This document shows, one piece after another, positions 56,892 through 64,000 of a DNA stretch of 64,000 bases. Source of the DNA: Gemmatimonadales bacterium (GTDB taxonomy: Bacteria > Gemmatimonadota > Gemmatimonadetes > Gemmatimonadales > GWC2-71-9). Numbering within the stretch: position 1 is the stretch's first letter; each line of letters begins with the position of its first letter. Under the pieces are notes generated by a model, which saw nothing but the letters and a program-made list of their open reading frames with translations, did no database searches and was not told where the DNA came from. The position numbers and the translations under genes were made by a program. Location of the stretch: the NCBI GenBank assembly GCA_041615815.1, contig JBFJCP010000025.1:10109-74108 (forward strand). Direction: 5' to 3'.

Positions 56892-57904
56892 CAGGTAACG
56901 GACCACGGAAGCCGGGTGTAGAAGCCCGTCTTCTGGAGCAGGAATCGGTGTTCTTTGGTGGCCTCCTTGAGCACCGTGGGGGCCGCGCCCGGCGACACGA
57001 CGTCCAGCTCCTCCAGGAGCTGGAGCGCCCAGTCGGACAAGGCGAACGTGAGTTGTTCCTCCGTGTCGCTGATTTCCGCGGGATCCCGATCAAGCGGCCG
57101 CCCGATGGCGGTGAGTGATCCGTGGATGGTGGCCAACGAGTCGCGCAACCGGTACGCACGCTTCATCCCCATGTTCGGCGCCTTGCGCTCGGTTTCCGTG
57201 GCGATAGACCAGAAGAGCTCCCGATAGATCTGCAGCATGGCCGGGGATGCTTGTACCGGCACTTTGGCAAACAGCGGGTATTGGCCCACGGCAACCACGG
57301 GAAGTCCGCCGGAAGCATCTGGCAGGAGGAGCTGCCTCACCCGGTCCACCACCGGTTTGTCCGCGGCGTCCTCGGTAAAGAACCCATCGACGCAGGCGCC
57401 ATCCTCCCATCGGAGGTACTGCACGCGGCCGTCCACGATCATCTCGAGGAGGCCGGTATAGTGCTCGGTCTCGAGCTCCCCGATCAGCTTCTCGGGTTGC
57501 TTGGGGTCCAGCGGTCGCGGGATGGCCGGCGCCGCGCAGCTCCCGTACATCCACGCGATCTGCTTGAGGGGCGCATCGCAGAAGACCAGCTCCCCCCGTT
57601 CCGGTTCTTCTCGCACCCGGCGGAGCGCGGTGGCCAACGGGAGCACACCACGCCCGGCCTCCGCAAACCCGACCGCCGAGACCACCTCCCCATCCAGGAG
57701 CAGGAGGATGACGACCTCGTCCGGCAGATACGCCACGACGTACCCGTCCACCCGGCCGTCCCGATCGATCTTGGCGAAATGCAGGAGATTATCGAGATGA
57801 ATGAACACCAAGCGGGTCCGGAAGACATGGACCCGGTCGTGCGGAAAGGTCAGCTCTGAGAGCCGAACGGGTGTATGGGCGAGCAGCGCGCTGCTGCGAC
57901 GCAT
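56888..57904 (-). CDS. Hypothetical protein with two PATAN/DUF4388-like repeats
   Basis: Two segments of the form L...L......(T/D)G........L....G; stop overlaps the rsmI start. Confidence 0.6.
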   Translation of the reverse strand: MRRSSALLAHTPVRLSELTFPHDRVHVFRTRLVFIHLDNLLHFAKIDRDGRVDGYVVAYLPDEVVILLLLDGEVVSAVGFAEAGRGVLPLATALRRVREEPERGELVFCDAPLKQIAWMYGSCAAPAIPRPLDPKQPEKLIGELETEHYTGLLEMIVDGRVQYLRWEDGACVDGFFTEDAADKPVVDRVRQLLLPDASGGLPVVAVGQYPLFAKVPVQASPAMLQIYRELFWSIATETERKAPNMGMKRAYRLRDSLATIHGSLTAIGRPLDRDPAEISDTEEQLTFALSDWALQLLEELDVVSPGAAPTVLKEATKEHRFLLQKTGFYTRLPWSVTW

Positions 57905-57963
57905 GGCAACCTCAGCTTTGGGCCGCTCCCGCCTTCCGCGGCGGGCTGGGCGGCCCGACGGCC

Positions 57964-58302
57964 TCAGTGCTCGGCGAGATGTTTGTCGATCTTTTCCACA
58001 AGGTACGCCTTTGGCACGGTCCCCACCACGGTATCCACGTGCTGACCACCCTTGAAAAAGAGGATGCTCGGGATCGAACGCACGCCCAGCCGCATCGCGG
58101 TCTGCGGATTGGCATCCACGTCGAGCTTGGCGACCTTCACCTTGCCCTCGTAGTCCTTGGCGATCTGTTCGATCACCGGGGCGATGATCTGGCACGGTCC
58201 GCACCACGTGGCCCAGAAATCCACGATGGCGAGCCCGTCATGTCGCTCGATTTCCCTCTCGAAATCGTCGTCCTTCACCGCCACCGGATGCGTCACTGCC
58301 AT
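57964..58302 (-). CDS. trxA: Thioredoxin
   Basis: VDFWATWCGPC, VRSIP, FKGG. Confidence 0.95.
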   Translation of the reverse strand: MAVTHPVAVKDDDFEREIERHDGLAIVDFWATWCGPCQIIAPVIEQIAKDYEGKVKVAKLDVDANPQTAMRLGVRSIPSILFFKGGQHVDTVVGTVPKAYLVEKIDKHLAEH

Positions 58303-58383
58303 GTTCTGCTCCCCAACTGTATGATGTGTAACCATGAATGTACCAGACTCTGCTCACTCACGACTCCGCCCATGGGAGGCGAT

Positions 58384-58782
58384 GTGAACGACGTAGCGGC
58401 CCGGGTGGCGCACATTGGCATCGCCGTCACCGATCTCGAAGAAGCGACCGCCTTCTACCGTGACGTCCTCGGCCTTACGCCGTCCGAACCCGAAACAGCC
58501 GACGGCGCCCAAATAGTTTCCATCACCTTCGCCGACGTAGACGTCGAGCTGCTCGCCTCGAGCGATCCGCACAGCCCCATCGCCAAGTTTCTCGCCAAAC
58601 GGGGGCCCGGTATTCACCACGTCTGCTACCGGGTGCCGAATCTGGAGCGCGCCCTCGAGGCCTGCCGTCGTCATGGCTACCAATTGGTGGACCAGAACCC
58701 GCGCCGCGGTGCCGGCGGGCGCCGGATTGCCTTTATCCACCCCAAGGCGACAGCCGGGATCCTTCTCGAGCTGACCGAATAG
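58384..58782 (+). CDS. mce: Methylmalonyl-CoA epimerase (VOC family)
   Basis: HIGIAV, VELL, SPIAKFL.KRGPGIHH, IAFIHPK...GILLEL.E. Confidence 0.9.
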   Translation: MNDVAARVAHIGIAVTDLEEATAFYRDVLGLTPSEPETADGAQIVSITFADVDVELLASSDPHSPIAKFLAKRGPGIHHVCYRVPNLERALEACRRHGYQLVDQNPRRGAGGRRIAFIHPKATAGILLELTE

Positions 58783-58798
58783 CACTCCGCCGACCGAC

Positions 58799-59242
58799 CT
58801 AGGGCCGACAGGCGCGAGCCGGGTTCCCGGCGGCGGCCAGATCGATCGACGTGATGAGCCACCCATCCCCGTATCGCCGGAGGGTAAAGGGCACTGTCGG
58901 CCGGCAACCCCGACGCGTCAACCGAACGGAAAGTTCGCGTTGTTGCGGCGACGGCGCGGCGCCGAATCCCGGCGGCAACACCTCGTAGCTCTCGTGCACG
59001 AGGTAGGCGCGAATCACCGACAATCGCTGTTCCAGCTCCGGCCGCTTCATGTAGGACGAGGCCGGACCACGAGCACTGCCCCAGATATTCGCCATCGTGG
59101 CGAGGTCGTTGGACTGTACCGCCCCGAGAAAATCGCGAATCGCGTTCTCGGGATCGGCGGGCACCGGGATCGTCTCCGGTTGACCACCGCCGCATGCCCA
59201 GAAGATGAGGGCAACTGTCAGGCCTGGTATACTTCTACGCAT
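58799..59242 (-). CDS. Putative lipoprotein (NTF2-like)
   Basis: Lipobox-like FWAC; P..AI..FL.AV...D helix; W.I..IDL end. Confidence 0.65.
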   Translation of the reverse strand: MRRSIPGLTVALIFWACGGGQPETIPVPADPENAIRDFLGAVQSNDLATMANIWGSARGPASSYMKRPELEQRLSVIRAYLVHESYEVLPPGFGAAPSPQQRELSVRLTRRGCRPTVPFTLRRYGDGWLITSIDLAAAGNPARACRP

Positions 59243-59310
59243 TCGTATCGTGTGCTCCGCGAGCGCCGGCGTCGAACCTAAACGCTTCCAAAACCCCGGG
59301 CAACCCGAGT

Positions 59311-60024
59311 ATGCGTTTGTACGTCAACGTCGACCATGTCGCCACCGTCCGCCAGGCCCGCCGGACCGACGAACCGGATCCCGTGGAGGCCGCGCTCCTC
59401 TGTGAGCGCGGGGGAGCGGACGGCATCACCGTCCACTTGCGAGAGGACCGCCGCCACATCCAGGATGCGGACGTGCAACGCCTGGCGGAGGCGGTCACGA
59501 CCGTGCTCAACTTCGAGCTCGCCACCAGCGCGGAGATCGTGGAGCTCGCGTGCGGGCTCGCTCCCCATCAAGCCACCCTCGTTCCCGAGCGCCGTGAGGA
59601 GATCACGACCGAGGGGGGACTCGACTTAAGCGGCGATACCGACCGGCTGCAGGACACGATCGATCGGCTCAAAGAGGCCGGCGTACGGGTGAGCTTGTTC
59701 GTCGACCCGGACCGCCGCGTCCTCGATCTGGCCGCGGTCATGGGGGTGCCCGCCGTGGAGCTCCACACTGGCGAATATGCCAACACCTATCGATCCTCGG
59801 ATACCGCCCTCCAGCGACTGCGCGTGGCGGCCACCCATGCGCGCGTGGCCGGTCTCGCCGTGCATGCCGGACATGGGCTCACATACCGCAATGTGACGCC
59901 CGTCGCGGCGATTGCCGAGATCGAGGAGTTGAATATTGGACACAGCATCGTGAGCCGAAGCATCATGATCGGCATGGAAACCGCCGTGCGGGAGATGCGG
60001 GCGCTCATGGGCGGCGCGCGTTGA
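59311..60024 (+). CDS. pdxJ: Pyridoxine 5'-phosphate synthase
   Basis: [45 protein letters not shown]. Confidence 0.96.
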   Translation: MRLYVNVDHVATVRQARRTDEPDPVEAALLCERGGADGITVHLREDRRHIQDADVQRLAEAVTTVLNFELATSAEIVELACGLAPHQATLVPERREEITTEGGLDLSGDTDRLQDTIDRLKEAGVRVSLFVDPDRRVLDLAAVMGVPAVELHTGEYANTYRSSDTALQRLRVAATHARVAGLAVHAGHGLTYRNVTPVAAIAEIEELNIGHSIVSRSIMIGMETAVREMRALMGGAR

Positions 60025-60149
60025 CTAAGCTCAAGCGGGCTCGTAGCTTGGGCGGGCTTGGCACCGCGACGGCAGCAGCGGGATGGACCGCAGCGGCGGG
60101 ATGGGCACGCGAAACGGCACCTTAACACCAGGACCCGGCACTACTCCCA

Positions 60150-61874
60150 ATGTCCCAGATGGGCTTGACCGAGTTTTTTTCCATGGAGGCGAGCGAGTAC
60201 CTCGAGCGTCTGGACGCGCTCGTGTCTGCACCCGTCCCACCGGACTCGGAGGAGCTCCTTCGCCTCACGCGAGCGCTCCGCGGGTCCGCCCTGATGGCCA
60301 ACCAACGGAGTATCGCGACGGCGGCGGCGGCGTTCGAGACTCTCGCCCGCGCGGTTCGCGAACACAGCCAACCCTGGGATGAAGCAACCCGCCAGTTGTC
60401 GATCCGTGCCGTCGATGATCTCAAGGTCCTCGTGCGGAGCGTCAACGACTGGACGGACGCCGCCGAGCGGCGGGCCGCCGGCATCACGAGCGAACTCGAG
60501 CGCGCCACCGGCCGACCCTCGGGCGCACAGCCTACCGCGGAAGACCGCGGTCTCGATGCGGGCACACGAGCGTTTCTCGCTCGAGAGGGAGCGGCCGTCG
60601 CCAGCGCATTGCACGAAGCCGCTCGCAGCATGCAACAGAACCCGCAGGCGCCGGAACCGCTGGAGCGCGTGCTCAAGGTCATGCAGCCTCTCCGGGGGGT
60701 AGCGATTCTCTCGGAGATTCCGCCGCTCAACGACGTGCTCCAGGGGGTCGAGCAGGCCGTCGGCGAGGTGTCTCGCCGACGCGAACGTATCGATGGTGCA
60801 GACCTGCTCTTCGAGGCTGCTGCCAAAGCGCTCTCCCGGGCCGCTCGCGAGATCGCCGCGGACGGCCGCGCCGACCCCGAGTCGGTCGAGACCCGAGATT
60901 TCGCCCATCGCCTTTCGGCACTCTTGGAGCTCGACCAAGAGGCCGTCCCCATCGACTCGTTGTTTTTCGACGACGACGGTCCGCACATCGTGGAGCGCGG
61001 CACCGCGACGGCGCGGCCCGCGCGCCTCGGGCGCCTCGAGCTGGTCTCTCACGGCGAACACTTGGAGCTGGCCGCTGACGAGCTCCAACGAGCACCGTCC
61101 ACTACCCAACGGGAGCTGCGTGCGCAGGCGCTCGCTGGCACCTTCAGGGCACTCGCGTCGGCCACCGGAGGACCGCTGGAAGCGGCCGTGTCCGCCTTCG
61201 GCCACGCGGCACGCGAGGCCGTCGCACGAGGAGCCGCGCTCCATCATACCGAGCGAATCGCGGAGCATCTCCGCGCGGCCGGCGTCGTGCTGAGCGAGAC
61301 CGCGGAAGGGGATGAGGCAGCCCTCGCGGAGCGGCTGCGCACGTTGGTGGCGAAAGTCAACGCGCTCCCCAAGGCGCCGGCGCCGAAACCGGTAGCCACG
61401 ACCGAAAGTGCGGCCCCGCGGCGGCCACCGGCGGCTTCGGCTGCATTCGAGACCGAGCCGACACCCTCCGCCGCGCCCGCGGCCCCACGTCCCCCGGCTC
61501 AGGTCACGCGACCCCGCCGGGCCGTGCAAAAGACGCCGGCACCCGGACTCCACAAGGAGACGGGAGACCTCGTCGGAAGTTGGATCCGCTACGAGCGGTA
61601 TGCCGGCGCGCTCGGCTTTGGTGCCGCGTCGCTGGACGACCTCATCGCCGGCCCGCCGACCGACCCCGCCGACGACGGTGGAGTGGCCGAAGAGAGCGTG
61701 GTCCCCATCAGGGACCTCTCATACCGGGGACCGGCGGCCCTGGAGCGCGCCTTGGCGCTGCGGGAAAAGATCCAGGCCGAGCTGAAGGCCGAGGCGTTCG
61801 ATCTCCCGCGGGTGCGCGAACTGATCAAGGAAGTCTTCGATCTCGTCGAGCTTGGCCGCGACCCCCGCCCGTAG
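60150..61874 (+). CDS. All-helical protein with degenerate Hpt-like repeats
   Basis: EFFSMEASEYLERLD...LLRLTRALRGSALMA resembles CheA P1/Hpt; Pro/Ala linker. Confidence 0.65.
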   Translation: MSQMGLTEFFSMEASEYLERLDALVSAPVPPDSEELLRLTRALRGSALMANQRSIATAAAAFETLARAVREHSQPWDEATRQLSIRAVDDLKVLVRSVNDWTDAAERRAAGITSELERATGRPSGAQPTAEDRGLDAGTRAFLAREGAAVASALHEAARSMQQNPQAPEPLERVLKVMQPLRGVAILSEIPPLNDVLQGVEQAVGEVSRRRERIDGADLLFEAAAKALSRAAREIAADGRADPESVETRDFAHRLSALLELDQEAVPIDSLFFDDDGPHIVERGTATARPARLGRLELVSHGEHLELAADELQRAPSTTQRELRAQALAGTFRALASATGGPLEAAVSAFGHAAREAVARGAALHHTERIAEHLRAAGVVLSETAEGDEAALAERLRTLVAKVNALPKAPAPKPVATTESAAPRRPPAASAAFETEPTPSAAPAAPRPPAQVTRPRRAVQKTPAPGLHKETGDLVGSWIRYERYAGALGFGAASLDDLIAGPPTDPADDGGVAEESVVPIRDLSYRGPAALERALALREKIQAELKAEAFDLPRVRELIKEVFDLVELGRDPRP

Positions 61875-62949
61875 CCGTCGCCTACACTGGCCGGGAGCGC
61901 TGGGGATTCTGCTCTCGGTTGCCCTTCTCTGGTGGACCCTCCACGACGTCTCGCTGACGGAGGTCTGGGAACACCTCAAAAGCGTACGGCCCGTTGCCTT
62001 CCTCAGTGCCGTGGTGGTGGCGACGCTCGCCTTTCCGGCGCGCACCGTCCGATGGCGCTACATCCTGAGGCTCGAAGGGAGTACCCTCCCCTTCATCCCG
62101 CTCTGGCACGCCACGGCCATCGGGTTCATGGCCAACAACCTCTTGCCCGCACGAGCGGGGGAGGTGGCCCGGGCGTACGCCGCTCGACGCCTCACGTCCG
62201 TGCGATTCTCGACGGCGCTCGCGTCCATCGCCATCGAACGTGTCCTGGACGGGATCGGAATCGTTGCGCTCCTGACCATCGCTATCTGGGCGGGCGGATT
62301 CAGCGGATCCACCACGGTTGCGAACGTGCCGTTGATCGACGTGGCACGGACCGGGGCCCTGGTATTTCTCCTCTTGCTCGTGGTCGCACTGCTCCTCGTG
62401 CATTGGCCCGAACCAGCCATCCGGGCCGCCACGGCGGTGGGGAACCGACTCCTCCCGCAGCGCTGGGCGGAGCGCATGGTCCATGCCGTTCGCGGTGTCC
62501 TCTCGGGGTTGGAAGCGCTGCGTAGTTTCAGCCGCCTGAGCTACGCGTTGCTCTGGACTTTCATTGTCTGGTTAGTCAACGCTGCCTCCTTCTGGCTCTG
62601 CTTTGTCGCGTTCGATCTGTCACTCCCAGTCACGGCGGGATTGATGGTCATGGGGCTCATCGCCTTCGGGGTGGCACTCCCGTCGTCACCCGGTTTCTTT
62701 GGACCGTTCGAGGCTGCCTGCCGAGTGTCGCTTTCGTTGTACGGCGTGCCTGCGGGACGCGCGGTTTCGTATGCGGTCGGCTATCACTTTGCGACGTTCA
62801 TCCCCATCAGTCTGTTGGGGCTCTGGTCGCTGTCACGCGCGCATTTGCATTTGGCGGACTTACAAAAAGGAGCGGACGAAGCCAAAGGGGCGGAAGCGGG
62901 GAGAGACGACGCATCCACTGGTTCGGGGTCGGCACCCGCGGAACAATGA
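61852..62949 (+). CDS. Lysylphosphatidylglycerol synthase TM / flippase-like protein
   Basis: R..RW..L, GFMANNLLPARAGE..R, ERVLD, PSSPG..G.FE; start uncertain. Confidence 0.85.
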   Translation: MAATPARSRRLHWPGALGILLSVALLWWTLHDVSLTEVWEHLKSVRPVAFLSAVVVATLAFPARTVRWRYILRLEGSTLPFIPLWHATAIGFMANNLLPARAGEVARAYAARRLTSVRFSTALASIAIERVLDGIGIVALLTIAIWAGGFSGSTTVANVPLIDVARTGALVFLLLLVVALLLVHWPEPAIRAATAVGNRLLPQRWAERMVHAVRGVLSGLEALRSFSRLSYALLWTFIVWLVNAASFWLCFVAFDLSLPVTAGLMVMGLIAFGVALPSSPGFFGPFEAACRVSLSLYGVPAGRAVSYAVGYHFATFIPISLLGLWSLSRAHLHLADLQKGADEAKGAEAGRDDASTGSGSAPAEQ

Positions 62950-63047
62950 GGTCTCCTCATGCTCACAACACTCAACTGCGCAGGCAGGCACCTTCTTCCG
63001 CCCCTCCGACTCCGTTCGCCTGGTCCGCGCGCGGCAGGCACACGCCC

Positions 63048-63998
63048 ATGCCCGACACCGTAAGCGTCCATGCTCACGCGAAAGCGAATCTCCTCTTGCG
63101 GATCCTCTCGCGAGAAGAAAGCGGCTATCACGGCATCGAGACGCTCTTCACGCTCCTCGAGCTCCACGACGAGGTGGTGGTGGAACGCACGGCGGGCGGC
63201 ATCTCGCTCGAGGTGGGGGGTGCGGAGACCGGTCCCGAGCAGGAGAACTTGGCGTATCGGGCGGCGGCGGCGGTGTTGGCTGCCACGGGCAATAAGTTCG
63301 GCGTTCGGATTCGTTTGCAGAAACGGATTCCGGTGGAAGCCGGTTTGGGCGGCGGATCGAGCGACGGGGCAGCCACGCTCCATGCGGTGAACCGGTTGAC
63401 CGGCGATGCCGTCCCACGACACGAGATCTTGCAGTTTGCTGCCAAGTTGGGGAGCGACGTGGCGTTCTTCGCCTCGGGGGCAGCCCTGGCCCTGGCGTGG
63501 GGACGGGGCGAGCGTCTGTTTCGGCTCCCTGCGCCAAGGGCATCTCCGACGCTCATCGTGGTGCCGCCGATCGGGGTGAGCACGGCCGCGGCCTATCGGC
63601 AGTTCGACGTGGGCAGGGCACATGAGCTGAGGCGGGGGGCGGTCGTGTTCGACGCCGACGCCTTCGCAAGTTGGGGCGGGATCGGACGGTTGGGTGGCAA
63701 CGATTTCGAGACGACGGTGTTTGGGCACCATGCGGAGCTCAAGGAGCTTTTTGAGCGGCTGGCCGAGACCCGGCCGCTGCTGGCACGCCTCTGTGGGTCG
63801 GGATCATCGCTGATTGCAGTGTATAAGAATGAAAAGGACCGTGACAACGCAGCCATGGAATTGGGTGAGCGGGATCAGCGCCTCATCAAGACGACGACGC
63901 GACAGGCGCCGGCTCCTCCGCCGGGAGCGAGGAGCGGGGAGCAGGGAGCGGGAGAACGGGGAGCAGGGGGCGGGGAGCGGGGAGCGGGAAATGGGTAG
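63048..63998 (+). CDS. ispE: 4-diphosphocytidyl-2-C-methyl-D-erythritol kinase
   Basis: AKANL.L, GYH.IET, KRIP..AGLGGGSSD, LGSDV.FF, NDFE, GSGS. Confidence 0.92.
   Translation: MPDTVSVHAHAKANLLLRILSREESGYHGIETLFTLLELHDEVVVERTAGGISLEVGGAETGPEQENLAYRAAAAVLAATGNKFGVRIRLQKRIPVEAGLGGGSSDGAATLHAVNRLTGDAVPRHEILQFAAKLGSDVAFFASGAALALAWGRGERLFRLPAPRASPTLIVVPPIGVSTAAAYRQFDVGRAHELRRGAVVFDADAFASWGGIGRLGGNDFETTVFGHHAELKELFERLAETRPLLARLCGSGSSLIAVYKNEKDRDNAAMELGERDQRLIKTTTRQAPAPPPGARSGEQGAGERGAGGGERGAGNG
63923..63995 (+). repeat. About ten heptamer units (GGGAGCG consensus) inside the ispE 3' end
   Basis: gggagcg-aggagcg-gggagca-gggagcg-(g)gagaacg-gggagca-gggggcg-gggagcg-gggagcg-ggaaatg. Confidence 0.8.
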
Positions 63999-64000
63999 AC

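Noticed and set aside
60072..60106. Direct repeat gcagcagcgggatgg / gcagcggcgggatgg as an operator
   Set aside because: Only two GC-rich copies; they may belong to the general repeat family, and nothing supports a specific regulator.

Overview
High-GC bacterial chromosome segment; gene content and short-period intergenic repeats suggest Gemmatimonadota or a relative (inference). Most of it is housekeeping: thiL, nnr, glyA, an acyl-CoA/branched-chain catabolic run with a solitary bioY, thrS, valS, selA, purN/purH, tnaA, nhaA, glnS-YqeY, gltX, two tRNA-Ser genes, a JAB-DinG helicase, a DUF4159/DUF4175/TPR cluster, rsmI, trxA, mce, pdxJ and ispE. I saw no integrase, transposase, CRISPR array or rRNA. 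Four things stand out. (1) A hidden selenoprotein: two short ORFs at 23.6-24.2 kb join through an in-frame TGA into one AhpD/CMD-like protein with a C-H-Y-U-x3-H motif, followed by a SECIS-like hairpin, about 5 kb from selA. (2) Two envelope-signalling modules flank tRNA-Ser(UGA), each with a Hanks kinase, an outer-membrane beta-barrel and a metal or heme protein (type-1 copper cupredoxin; globin). (3) A 52-aa membrane ORF missing from the ORF track ends in three tandem Thr codons and overlaps the thrS start. (4) A family of 7-9-nt-period, often palindromic repeats lies between genes and also in frame inside valS, ispE and a Tat-exported protein. Family assignments come from motif recognition by eye; no database searches were run.
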